From the NCBI GenBank assembly GCA_965153285.1, contig OZ229113.1: a stretch of DNA of 64,000 nt. One strand, written 5' to 3'. The translations under genes were made by a program, and so were the position numbers. Shown here one piece after another: positions 22,501 to 32,300 of the stretch. The notes under the pieces are model-generated. The model was not told the DNA's origin and ran no database searches. It was given only the letters and a program-made list of their open reading frames with translations. This stretch comes from Podarcis tiliguerta (lineage: Eukaryota). How positions within the stretch are numbered: the first letter of the stretch is position 1; each line of letters opens with the position of its first letter.

Positions 22501-25398
22501 TCTGCTGGTGTAAGGGACTTTACCCTGCATGCCCTCAGAATCAGCTCTGGAGAGTTGGGAAGACCCACAAGAGCAGATTTGGGGGGGGGCACTCAGGGAG
22601 AGGAAATGGAAGTTTCATTGTGCCAGCTTAAGTCCATTGGCACCCTCAAAGATTATCATTATCCCAAATGACTTGCTTCACAAATGGAAGTTAATTTTAA
22701 AATGTCAGCAATGAATTGTCAGGGGTCAGCAAACCTTTTCAGTAGGGGGGCGGTCCACTGTCCCTCAGACCTTGTGGGGGGCTGGACTATTTTTTTGGGG
22801 GGAGGACGAATTCCTCTGCCCCACAAATAACCCAGAGATGCATTTTAAATAAAAGGACACATTCTACTCGTGTAAAAACACACTGATTCCCGGACCGCCC
22901 GCAGGCCAGATTTAGAAGGCAGTTGGGCCGGATCCGGGCCTTAGTTTGCCTACCCATGAATTGGATCCAAAGGTGCCCTTCTGTGAACAAAAGGATAATT
23001 TTTTTCTTGAAAGGTGCTTGGATCCAGTAGAAGCTTCTGTGAATGGAAGTGAGGTTAAGGAGACGATTTTCAGATACTGTTTTCACGCCACCAGAGAATT
23101 TCTAACTCTGGAGTAGATTTTCAGGTCGTTGCTGGGGAGTCAAGCGCACCCTGTTGCTAAATAGGAATTTGCTCACAGAACTTGGGATCTAGTTATACAC
23201 CCAACTTCTCGACTCTAAAACAGGCTGGATTTTTGTGTTCTCTTCTCAAATTAAGGTTGGAGACAGCCTGTGTCTGTAAAGTGGTTCAAAATGATTATAT
23301 CTGAATAGTAAATGTAACATTATGGAAGCTGCTAAACTGGACAGTTTGGACCCTATCGTATGCTGAGTCAAATGATTGTTCTGTCTATTCCCCAGTACTT
23401 GGTGCTCTTTCTGACAGCAGCTCTTTGGGGTCTGGGACAGAAACCTTCATTCTTCCACCTTTAAGAGGAGATCCTTGGGACTTGCAAGGCACATGTTCCG
23501 GCTATGGGAATTAGTCATTCTCTGTGCAGTAGGAAGACAGTAGCTTTGTAACTCGTTTTGAAATTATTATAAATGCATTTGTTTCTATAGGATAATGATC
23601 CCTGTGTAATATGTCATGATGAACTAACTACCGAAATGTTGCATGTGCTAGACTGTGGCCACAGATTTCACAAAGTGGTAAGTGGAACCATAAATCCAGC
23701 AAGGTAACTTGTATTAGATCTGTTGCTCGTGTCTTTGTAAGTTTGTAGATTGCCCTCCAAAGGCTGCACACACAGGCACTCCTAACATTTTGTCTAAATA
23801 AGTGTGTTCGCTGTGGGTTAAACCACAGAGCCTAGGACTTGCCGATCAGAAGGTCGGCGGTTTGATTCCCTTGTGACGGGGTGAGCTCCCATTGTTCAGT
23901 CCCAGCTCCTGCCAACCTAGCAGTTCAAAAGCACGTCAAAGTGCAAATAGATGAATAGGTACCGCTCCGGCGGGAAGGTAAACGGCGTTTCCATGCGCTG
24001 CTCTGGTTTCGCCAGAAGCGGCTTAGTCATGCTGGCCACATGACCCAGAAGCTGTACGCCGGCTCCCTCGGCCAATAAAGCGAGATGAGCGCCGCAACCC
24101 CAGAGTCGGCCACGACTGGACCTAATGGTCAGGCGTCCCTTTACCTTTACGGCTGCTGCTTGCTATTGAAAGGATTGTATTATGGGCATTGGCTCTTCGT
24201 TGGCCAAAATTCTGGGATTACATTTCAGAAAACAAAAAGGCTAAACAGAAAGATAAGGTTTTACTTTGGAATTTACTTTTCAGTGACTGAAAATCCCAAT
24301 CCCAGAGCATGTAAATAGGAATACCAAGTTCACCTTGAGGCAGTGAAGCTCAAGCCACCCTCAGTCCTGGATATGCTAGAGAAGCAACTCCTCTATAACA
24401 TACACTTGTGGTTGTAGTGGCATGTGTCCAAAACATCATACTTTCAGGGGGCTGAAATGGGCCACTCATGTAACTTTTTGCTACTTTATGTATCTGTATC
24501 TCAACATACAGCCAGTTACAATCTCGTGAACATTTCCGTGAAGCGCCACAATATGGTTTAGGACAAAATGCTTTAGAAATTAAGAATTGCCCAGGTTGCC
24601 TATTCAGTAGATTAAGACTGTCTACAGCTACTAGTAACATTATTACTAGTATTAATAGCAATTGCTATGCTGATTTGCAAGCACTTTGAGTGGTTTGATT
24701 GCAACATTCTTAAATATCAGCAATAGAGAAGGTAAACATTTTAGTTGAAATTGCATGTTCCAATTTTTTTTATTTGCTGTTGCAGTTGGTGGGCTTTGGT
24801 GTATACCTGTAGTAGAAAACTTTAATAGAGCCGTCTTTAATATTGTCTGACAATAAGTGGGAGCTTTCATTAGAATTCCGAGTTGCCTTTCGCTTCCAAC
24901 ATTTCCAGAAAGACTAATGTGTAAATGTCATACATTGATGTAATCTGCTGAAAAGCCAATGATCAGTATTGAATTCTTTAATTAGGTGACAGCCCTTCTA
25001 ATTAAATTGTCAGCCTTTTAGCATAGGTCGTTCACTAGTGATTATTAGAAAATGTTTGAATTCAAAGCCTAGTTGCAGAAGTTTGGATTTAACTGAAGTC
25101 ACGTCTTTTTTATATGCACCATAATGTTTCAAAGTTATGCTTAAGGTGCTACCACTTGTCTTCCTTTGGTAGCATGAATCTAGAGTGCTCAGAACTGTAG
25201 AAAAATGTCATTTTAAAAAAATGTTGCCCACCTCCCATAGCCCTACTTTTTAAATGAAAGGTTTCTGAATGCTTGCTTTTTTACATTTAGTGTATCGGTC
25301 CATGGATTAAGGAGCACAGCACATGCCCAACCTGTCGTCGTCATGTTTTGTTACCTGAAGATTATCCTGAGCTTCCTGGTCGAAACAGAACCACTTAG
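599..25398 (+). CDS. TTC3: TTC3 E3 ubiquitin ligase, 3' part (19 coding exons, ~1085 C-terminal aa; gene begins upstream of the window)
   Basis: 19 exons with GT-AG boundaries whose phases chain without a break (3257 nt). Peptides match recalled TTC3: LWNEKYG, YFSQILEEHGP, PAM2 motif LNPAAKEFQP, coiled coil EKEHQVLQEQL and AAEVSVLENWK, terminal RING-H2. Confidence 0.96.
1136..1335. mobile_element. Tc1/mariner-type MITE
   Basis: TA|CAGTCGTACCTTGGTT...AACCAAGGTACAACTG|TA. Confidence 0.85.
1631..1677 (+). CDS. TTC3: TTC3 exon (DNRYTVIRKEENATAS)
   Basis: aatag| ... |gtaagt; 47 nt restores phase 0. Confidence 0.85.
2623..2676 (+). CDS. TTC3: TTC3 exon (NNTIKVKNRNRKKAKEPK)
   Basis: Polypyrimidine tract + ag| ... 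AAG|gtat; basic KVKN motif. Confidence 0.87.
3206..3357 (+). mobile_element. tRNA-derived SINE (Squam3-like), internally deleted
   Basis: GGCCATAGCTCAGTAG head; TATAAGGCGGCTTCTTATGTTCCT end. Confidence 0.55.
3990..4066 (+). CDS. TTC3: TTC3 exon (SILVLSGGVGTVTREEDNIFSEEST)
   Basis: tttag| ... |gtaagt; phase fits neighbours. Confidence 0.85.
5288..5440 (+). CDS. TTC3: TTC3 exon (FMNPRDPFRIPD...CESLY)
   Basis: aacag| ... |gtatgt; inside ORF 5250-5510. Confidence 0.9.
6266..7133 (+). CDS. TTC3: TTC3 large exon with PAM2 motif (~6549-6590)
   Basis: cacag| ... CAG|gtgaga; 868 nt inside ORF 6213-7175. Confidence 0.95.
8580..8645 (+). CDS. TTC3: TTC3 exon (VDQELADEGINTLPFQPYETQQ)
   Basis: ttttag| ... 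|gtaagt. Confidence 0.9.
9156..9305 (+). CDS. TTC3: TTC3 exon (GDMLRMEKEHQVLQEQL...ENK)
   Basis: ttcag| ... AAG|gtaat; coiled coil. Confidence 0.93.
9571..9928 (-). mobile_element. L2-clade LINE 3' fragment
   Basis: RAFSV.AP.LWNALP-type coding end; shared 3'UTR GGAAGCCGCCCAGAGTGGCTGGGG; (TTA)n tail. Confidence 0.8.
10555..10694 (+). CDS. TTC3: TTC3 exon (LTRKELDWFHQD...ETNE)
   Basis: atag| ... |gtaagt. Confidence 0.92.
12113..12181 (+). CDS. TTC3: TTC3 exon (YMRNIEEKDKQYKLHLDEFIEI)
   Basis: aacag| ... AG|gtaagc. Confidence 0.88.
12504..12870. mobile_element. Tc1/mariner-type MITE with iterated CGCAAGACGAA motifs
   Basis: TA|CAGTGGTGCC...GGCACCACTG|TA. Confidence 0.88.
13209..13343. mobile_element. 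hAT MITE
   Basis: TIRs (TTCTCAACCTGTGGGTC / GACCCACAGGTTGAGAA); perfect 8-bp TSD CCTTAGAG. Confidence 0.88.
13840..13936 (+). CDS. TTC3: TTC3 exon (NKFENEK...RAIAAE)
   Basis: cctag| ... GAG|gtaaaa. Confidence 0.9.
14065..14361. mobile_element. Tigger/pogo-like MITE (CCGTATTTT termini)
   Basis: TA|CCGTATTTT...AAAAGTACGC|TA; related to 58741-58912. Confidence 0.7.
14899..14999 (+). CDS. TTC3: TTC3 exon (VSVLENWKDTELYKL...)
   Basis: ttttag| ... AG|gtatgg. Confidence 0.92.
15111..15354. mobile_element. Tc1/mariner-type MITE
   Basis: Degenerate TIRs and TA flanks; internal TGCGCATGCGC repeats; related to 52731. Confidence 0.75.
16249..16336 (+). CDS. TTC3: TTC3 exon (HSSVPQLKLQINSWESFISN...KAE)
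   Basis: tccag| ... GAG|gtatgt. Confidence 0.88.
16655..16759 (+). CDS. TTC3: TTC3 exon (RQFDERIYMVKNG...SVLSS)
   Basis: tgcag| ... |gtaagt. Confidence 0.9.
17430..17516 (+). mobile_element. L2 3' end fragment whose tail hosts a MITE
   Basis: GGAAGCTGCCCAGAATGGCTGGGG followed by (TAA)n. Confidence 0.65.
17517..17755. mobile_element. Tc1/mariner-type MITE
   Basis: TA|CAGTGGTACCTTGGTTT...AAACCGAGGTACCACTG|TA. Confidence 0.88.
17862..18301 (+). CDS. TTC3: TTC3 exon (VTHERPP...VIDKLIIIFPHLT)
   Basis: ctcag| ... AG|gtattt; inside ORF 17838-18431. Confidence 0.9.
19238..19355 (+). CDS. TTC3: TTC3 exon (SDIGNVIEEVQ...RVTESILDRPSKKK)
   Basis: tgcag| ... AAG|gtaagt. Confidence 0.9.
19394..19548. 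repeat. (TA)n microsatellite interleaved with four GTTATGGTAATA units
   Basis: Directly visible. Confidence 0.9.
19633..19670 (-). ncRNA. Minimal type-I hammerhead ribozyme motif, inverted copy
   Basis: Reverse complement of 21084-21121. Confidence 0.7.
19652..20794 (-). CDS. Penelope ORF remnant: RT-thumb end, GIY-YIG endonuclease and low-complexity C-terminal extension
   Basis: LPYIKG..., GVYEIPCKVCPATYIGQT, R..EH, SSLFQH...GH, EAIEI, MNKRD; no stops. Native part is 20742-19652. Confidence 0.85.
   Translation of the reverse strand: MAVLHLVVLWLGFVYRGGYQQNRVTKLIQKETPPKNQDTEENNGIALLPYIKGTTDKISKILHKHNIKTAFCTNQKIANILRNPKDKIQLENQGVYEIPCKVCPATYIGQTNRRINARIAEHKNAVKKEEKTSSLFQHMKETGHEINFADSKLLFNMEHHHKRIIMEAIEIEKHPHNMNKRDDTSRLPDIWKLALPTKSDTRSRGTQNAITNQPHQTQTQTLSTDKLQTPSSSQTRVAPPDAAPPCNPYTDLAGTGHKTTARPYTRSQARAQPSAVQPSSQKNSSQSSRVQDTKALATNPHLMTHLSGIQEITQEITQDIPQVIKEQKKKRHTSLGTSSLPRTLEAIHHTSSTVFIGTQTLRSCSVPVTRSRKHQPEDDE
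21084..21121 (+). ncRNA. Minimal type-I hammerhead ribozyme motif in pseudo-LTR
   Basis: CTGAAGA-T-[GACGAG tgagac CTCGTC]-GAAA-C-GTC; stem I is weak. Confidence 0.7.
21469..21637 (-). mobile_element. tRNA-derived SINE (Squam3-like), degenerate
   Basis: ATAGGAAGCTGCCTTATACT...CACTGAGCTAC. Confidence 0.55.
21683..21919 (+). CDS. TTC3: TTC3 exon (VLPSSGK...PWKTVG...SSDAA)
   Basis: tttag| ... |gtaggt; 237 nt, phase 0. Confidence 0.88.
22720..22958. mobile_element. hAT MITE
   Basis: CAGGGGTCAGCAAAC...GTTTGCCTACCCATG termini. Confidence 0.75.
23591..23677 (+). CDS. TTC3: TTC3 exon, RING-H2 first half (CVICHDEL...CGHRFHKV)
   Basis: tatag| ... |gtaagt; CxxC and CxHxxH ligands. Confidence 0.95.
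23809..24150 (+). mobile_element. Sauria SINE
   Basis: CGCTGTGGGTTAAACCACAGAGCCTAGG head; (ACCTTT)n tail. Confidence 0.9.
25291..25398 (+). CDS. TTC3: TTC3 last coding exon, RING-H2 second half (CIGPWIKEHSTCPTCR...stop)
   Basis: tttag|; TAG at 25396-25398. Confidence 0.95.
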   Translation, partial: CIGPWIKEHSTCPTCRRHVLLPEDYPELPGRNRTT

Positions 25399-26996
25399 AT
25401 GCTACATACAGATTAGCAAGAATATGTGATTCACATCATACAGAATCATGATGATAAAGGTGTGTGGAGTCGTCACCAGTTTATAGAGTATCGTATGTTA
25501 CATACAATAAACAATTCCTCTGAAATACTTTTAAGCAACGATGCAGTTAGAAATTCTGCTATTTTATTCAATGGTTTCTATTGTATTGGCAGTAGTAATC
25601 TGGTTTATAGACATAAGCAATGAATACCGTGGTTGCATTGCAGCAAAACAAAGTTAGCAGCCTTCAAAATTTGCCTAACAAATGTTTATCCCCTTAACAC
25701 AGGAATACATATATTTAAGGAGGAAGTATCTGTTTCTGTTTCTAGCTTCTGTGGATCCAAATGTTGTGACGCTTGTGAATTCAGGAGGCTGGTTAAGAGC
25801 CGGCAGTGCTGTTCAGCGAATTAAAAGCTTGGTACTGGTTCTAAGAGAGGTTTTTTTAATTTCCAGATGAGAGCAGTAGAACAGCCTGAAAATTCCAGGT
25901 GTAGACTCATAAGCACCTTTTTTTTTTTTTAGTATTCAGTGCTTTCAAAAACAAGTTAGTAATCTGCCCTTCAAAAATAATTCTTGGCTAATATTTGGCT
26001 TCAAAGATAAGCTAAAATTTGGAATACTGAATCCAAAGAACCATGTTTGAAAGATGCCCAGACATGCTTGTGGAAGAGAAAGCAGACAAACTTGTGTAAC
26101 GCTTTGTGAGAGAGGCTGACCCTGTAACAGTCCTCATCTTCCTGCTTGTGAAAAAGAAAGATCAGCTCTGAATTGAGTTTATTTTCTCATCCTGCATGCC
26201 AGCATTTGCAAACCACCTGTGAGTAGGTTTCCTTAAAATTTGCATACAAAGTCCATAATAGTTTCCTTCAAAGTGAGCAAATAAACTAGCCTGTTCAGTT
26301 GTTGTAAGGAATTAGCTTTAGTTTTTTTAAAAGAAATAAATAGCCACACTTATTTTATATTGGTATAGCCTCACTGTTCTTAATTAGCCACAAGTAAATT
26401 CATGTGAATACCAAAGCTTTTAAAATTAAGGTTGCGTATTAACTATTTTAAATTACATCAGGAACTGTCTTTCAGCATTTCAAAATGAAATGGCTGGGTA
26501 CAAAATATAAAACAATGACTTTGCTCTACTCAACCGCGGAGAAAGCTCCTCATGAAGCAGGAATGCACCATTTTCCTCTCCCCCCTCTTGGCAAATAAAC
26601 ACCAAATTGTAGCAGAAAAGCAACTCTTGTCAAGGGATGCAGCCCTTGGCCAGTTTTGGGTTATTTAGATGAATAATGGGCTGCCTTTACTGATAATCAA
26701 ATATTAAGAGGCATTTGTACCGACAAGATGCTTGTAAGTTGATTGCTGAAAATGCCCTGTAATTTAACAAAAAGGCTGTTTGGGAATTCCAACCCTAAAC
26801 CATGGATCTCTTTTGTGTCACTCTTTCTGATTCAAAATGTTGCATTTAAATGTTTGATTCATAACTGAAGACCTTCTATACGTTGTCTAGATGCTGAGTA
26901 TTTGCTCATTTTACCTGCATTCAGAATACAGTACTGAAATAGCCGCATACTTTCAAAGCAGAACTTTGTAATCACATTTATTACAGCCTCTGAACC

Positions 26997-27002
26997 AATA
27001 AA
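26997..27002 (+). terminator. Probable TTC3 polyadenylation signal (other AATAAA at 25506, 26279, 26335, 26593)
   Basis: AATAAA followed ~20 nt later by a GT-rich tract (tgtgtagttgtctg). Confidence 0.45.
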
Positions 27003-28679
27003 AATGAACAATATCAACTGTGTAGTTGTCTGACAAACCTCTTTTAAGAAAATGGATTTTCATAACTCATAATTAGTTTTGTAATCCTACGTTTTGTTTC
27101 ATGTGCATAGGCTAGTGGTTTCTTGCTGCATTCAGATGTTCAGCTATTTGTTGTCTGCATTGCATATACTTGTTCTGTTTTTTGTGTGGCCTGCATTTCT
27201 TTGCTGCTTATCCAATAACTTGAGGGAACTTCAAGGAAATGAGAGTTGAAACTTTTCTTGCGTGGTGTCTGCATTCCTGTCTTTGAGCACTAGGGGGAGC
27301 TAAGCTCACCTGAGTCCATTGAAACATCTCCCAGAAATGCATTTCAGGCAAGACCGACAGCTCCTGCTTGCCACTTCTGAAGCCTGGGTTCAGTCCTGCC
27401 TTCACTTACGAGGAACTGGGTCACACATTTGGCCTGTGTCTCATGCTCAGCTCTGTTACTCTGCCGGCAGTTTGACTGCCTTTTTTGCCCCTGGACAGAG
27501 TTCTGTCACATAGTTTTTCTTCTGAATCCCCCAGTAGCTTAGCTGTTGGGTTTCAGAGTAGTGTTTTCCTTGGTGTGTACATTGCCCTGTTTAAGTTGCC
27601 CTATTCTCTACACAGCGTTACTGTCCCTTTCTACAGTTCTTTTTTTAAAAAAGGCCCTTTTATTGTTGCCCATATCAGTTTTTTGGTCCTTCCTGTTTTT
27701 CAATGCATTGCTCATTTCCACCTACTCTGCCTAATAGCTGCAGTAACGGGTAAAATGACTGAGCAGGGCTATCATCACCACTTCTGGCAGGTGTGCTGCT
27801 AGTGGTACAACTGTAAACAGAGCACCAGTGCCACTTTTATTAGGCTCAAAGACCATGGTGAGACCTGACCATAATATCACCTCCTGTAAAGGCTGAGCTA
27901 ACATGATCTACATGTAATGTATGTATGTAAAATGTAGGCTAATTGTATGTAAAAGTAGATGGGCACATGTCAGCACCTCGTAGCATGTTTTCCCTGTAGA
28001 TTCCAAAAGAAGATTATAGAAACCACTTCCCAGGAAGACCAGTGCACGCCTAACTTGGGTAGAGACACAAGTTGTTACATAACATGACATACTATGAGCA
28101 AGCCACAGAATTTTAGTTTGCTTTCTAATATGCATTGCATATGTGAGAGGACTTCATCCATTTTAGCAACAGACATATTTGGAGGAAGAAATCAAAGCTC
28201 CCGTCACTTAACAGGCACTTTTGGATAATGAGCTACATATTCCATTATGCAAGTAGACACAACTCAGAAATGGGCTGTATTTGGTTGGTGTACAACGTTT
28301 AGAACCTGGTAAGGCAATGCAGCAAGGACATGGGATCAGGTCTAGGCAAAAATGAACATCACCAGGTGGTTCCATTCCTTTAGTAAGCTTGTAGGCTAAC
28401 ACCTCTCAAGGATACGTAGCATGGTATTTATTCTACCATCTCCTCTTCTGTGTCCCAATTGTCCCTTAGTTCAACTCAAGTGGATTTTGTCTCATTCTAA
28501 AGGCAAACGTGTCCGAAGATGGCAGTGTAATACCATTCTGCTTGCAGGCAGACGAGAGCTAATCATTATAGTTGGTGCTCCAATACTGATGAATCCTATG
28601 CTATTTATGTTAAACCATTGCACCCAAGCCAAAATATCCCCCACGGGCAGTTGATGGCCAGGAGCATTCATTCAAAGTT

Positions 28680-28685
28680 TTTATT
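28680..28685 (-). terminator. Candidate VPS26C polyadenylation signal (alternative at 27836-27841)
   Basis: TTTATT on + strand, ~600 nt past the stop codon. Confidence 0.4.
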
Positions 28686-29288
28686 TAAAATGCCAATGGT
28701 GAAAACAGGAATTTCTGTATAGTAGTTTTTGAAAAATTCAGGTCCGCTGCTTAGGTAAATGTAATTCCTACCACACTGCTCTTACTCAGATTTCAGTAGA
28801 TTTTCTTCAAAAATTGTATAGTATTACTATATGTAAGCACAGTGAGCATACTCTGACATGGATAGGAAATGGCTTCAACTGGAAATACATATTGGCAAAC
28901 AAAACTCCTTCGTGTTGTGATCTCTTGCTAGCAGAACCAATACAAACAAGGATCAAGCAGCTGAAGGGGTAGTTCAGCTAGAGAGTGGTCTTGTATGTGA
29001 TACAGTTTCACCATAAGCAGAGGCAGCTCTTCAACATCTGATAAACACTTGACTCCACAGCAGAATCGGGGCAAAATTCAGCTGGTCCATGTTGGGCAAC
29101 AACCTCGAGAGAGCACTTTTATAGCTGCAAGTGTACAGAACACCTAAATTTCATTCTTCTATCGCCTTAGGATTTGAGAATACACGGCAGCAATCACATT
29201 GCTTGGTTTTCGCAGTGCCAACGCACTGGATTCCCGACTGATAGGAGGCTTCTGGGCCCAATGGTATTCCTGAAACTGTTCTAATTAA

Positions 29289-29371
29289 TCAGAGCCTGCA
29301 GAGCTTCAGTGGAAAGTTCTCCGTGATGAGGTGATCGTCATGCAAGAGGACGACGACATTAACTTCAAATT
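29289..29371 (-). CDS. VPS26C: VPS26C exon 8 (EFEVNVVVLLHDDHLITENFPLKLCRL-stop)
   Basis: Acceptor AG; TGA stop. Confidence 0.95.
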
Positions 29372-32300
29372 CTAGAGGAACAAACGACACAATCTTGGAA
29401 ATAGCATTGTCACCCAGGCCCCTGTAATCTTAGTAGTACATTTGTAGCTTGCAAAATGGTTTGAAATAATGATTAGGTAGAGACTGGATTAGCATCTCAT
29501 TAGATACAAGTAGATCAGTACATCCTTGGGTGCCAAGTAATACCTCAAAAATTCAGCTCCAACTGGATTCCTTGAAAGGCAGCATAAAAATATCCAAGCA
29601 TTTCTAGGTACTGAGTATGTCTCTATCCTAATCAAAACAACAGGAACTTTTCAGGGAGTTCCAGACAGCCAGCACTGAAAAATCAAGTCAAACTATTGCT
29701 TTAACTTAACTAGGGAAGAAATATGCTGGCAGCAAGTTGCCTTGCTAGATTCTTGACCTCAGAAAATAAGCTGATGACTACCAATATAATATGTGCCAAT
29801 TCCAGGTAATTTTTTATGGTGATATCCAACCTTAGTCACTCAGAATAGACCTACACTAAAACCACTGGGACTACCTGCTCCTAAAATTAATTTTTGTAAG
29901 TTGCCGATAGACCTGTATCTATATAATGCAACCAGTAAATAAAGAATAATAGGAATAAGTCAAACTATCTATTCCTTACCAACTTTGAAGTTTGTGGTTT
30001 CCAAGGTGGGGCAGGTGAAGAGTCTGGGGAATACCATGTAGATTGGAATAGGAAGATTTCTGCAGACATCTCCATCAGCAATCTGAATATTCTGAATCTC
30101 AGTAGCATCTCTGGCATAACCTTCAGCACAGCCTTTGCAAAAGTGGCATTAAAAGGAAAGCAAACTTTGCTAAATAACATATTACCATGCTTGCTGCTTC
30201 AAGTACTAGAACATTTCTACAGTTGGCCAGGGATGGAGTGCTTCCAATTAAGAACCAAAGTCCTACAAATTCAGAGATTTGAATACACATGTAAATTGTT
30301 GTTTGCACACCCATGTTATGACCTACGCAGATGTGCACTACAAGTACTTTGGGAATTTTCCAACATGTGGCGTGACCAGCTTTCAATTATTCTAGGGCCA
30401 TTTCAATTTAATGGCTAAGTTGGAAACACTTTGTCGTGCTTTTAAAACGTAAAACCAAACTCTCTGGAATATTTATAGACAGACATGTATAAAGACGTAC
30501 CACAGGTTTCCACTCGTACCAACTGGAGTTCAATACTCTTAACCGCAGCATCTGAGTTGACCACCACAAGCTCCCCTGTGAGGGGCTGTGTTATGATGCA
30601 GTTTGTAGAGTTGAGATGGCCTCTTATGAGAAACTTTGGGAGCAATGCCCTCTAAATGCAAAGTGAAGTTAAAGGAGAAGGTAGGTAATCTAATCAAGAA
30701 TTGCCATTTCCCCCGTTCTGTTCTGTGATTTCCCTTTGTATTAAACTAAGCCTGCAAGCAGGATCTGTGTCGGTTTCCAAAAACTCTGTACAACACTTTA
30801 GGTACATTACAAATAAGAAATAACCTGGAAATATTCTCTAGGTCACTCTAAGTCTGTTACAAAGGAAGGTAGACTTGCCCAGCCAAATCTGTATGATTGC
30901 CTTTTAATCCAAGTTCATACTAGAAGTCTCCTAATTTAGCAAAACAAGGATTAAAATCCTAAATCACACCACACAATACTGCTTTTTCCTGTGACCAGTG
31001 TCCATCAAACACAGACAATACTGAAAGAAAAAATTCTGTTTCCATTGAAACTTAAGTTTATTAAAGCTAGTGTTTCATTCCATACAATTATTGTTTTGTT
31101 GCCTCTGTTTTAACTATTTATTTGTGCTTTTATGTTGCCTTTTTTATCTTGTGAACTACCCTGATCTCTTTTGATGAAGGACAGAATACAAATCCAATAA
31201 ATAAAAATGAATACAAGCAACCAAGAAATTAAAAGGATCCTCGATATAAGGACTGCCTTTAATAACTGCTCTACGAGATTGTTACCATCTAAACTGAAAA
31301 CCCTTTATATGTTGTAGTTTAAGCTCTTATCTGAAAAGGGGGAAAGCATGATGGCAGAAGATGGGAATGGAGTACTTGTGCTGAAAGAAAGGTATTTTAG
31401 GGAAAAGCACAGAACCATTGAACATTTTAAAACCCTTGACCGATCAAATTTGCTTTGTCGTGAAGGACAGGAACTGGATTATGTAGCCACCAAGCATATG
31501 CTCTTGATCATAACCCCACATACAAATACACTGCATCTAAAAATAATAAACCAAACCCTGTTCTAGGAAAAACACATTTTAAATGGCGATTTCTCCACAG
31601 GCTGTTACATCTCATCTGGGCAAATGGTCATTAGATGATAAACCACAGTAAGAACTGGGATTGCAATGCTGGTTTGCACAGACTGTTGTGCAATGGTTTA
31701 CCCAGGCCAGGTGTGATGGCCAGCTATGGATTGCCACTAGACTGGAGAAGGAAAAAACCAGAGTGGGAGCGGGGGGCGGACAGGAACACACACAAACAGG
31801 GCTCCTTGGTATCTATGCATGGTTTGACACTGCATCTAAACAACCAAATTTTCAGTAAGCACACTAGCACTGTATCCCTTACAGGAATATGGGTCTTACC
31901 TCTTTCACGTTCTGTAGAGTTTCAGGAGTAATAGTAAAGTCCACTGGGCTTGGGGTTGGTTTACCTTTCTGAGGCTGCAACAGAATGAAAAGAAGGGTCA
32001 AAGTGGTAAGTCTACTATTTGTCAATTTATGATGCCCGAGGCGTTATATTTACAGTGGTACCTCAGTTCTCGAACTTAATCCATTCTGGGAGACCGTTTG
32101 ACTCCCGAAACCATTTGAAAACCAAGGCGCGGCTTCTGATTGGCTGCAGGAGCATCCTGCACTCAAGCAGAAGCAGCGTTGGACTTTCGGCTTCTGAAAA
32201 ACGATCGCAAACAGGAACACTTCCAGGTTTGCGGCGTTTGGGAGCCAATCTGTTTGACAACTAAGATGTTTGAGAACCAAGGTATTTTCCAAGTCACGTA

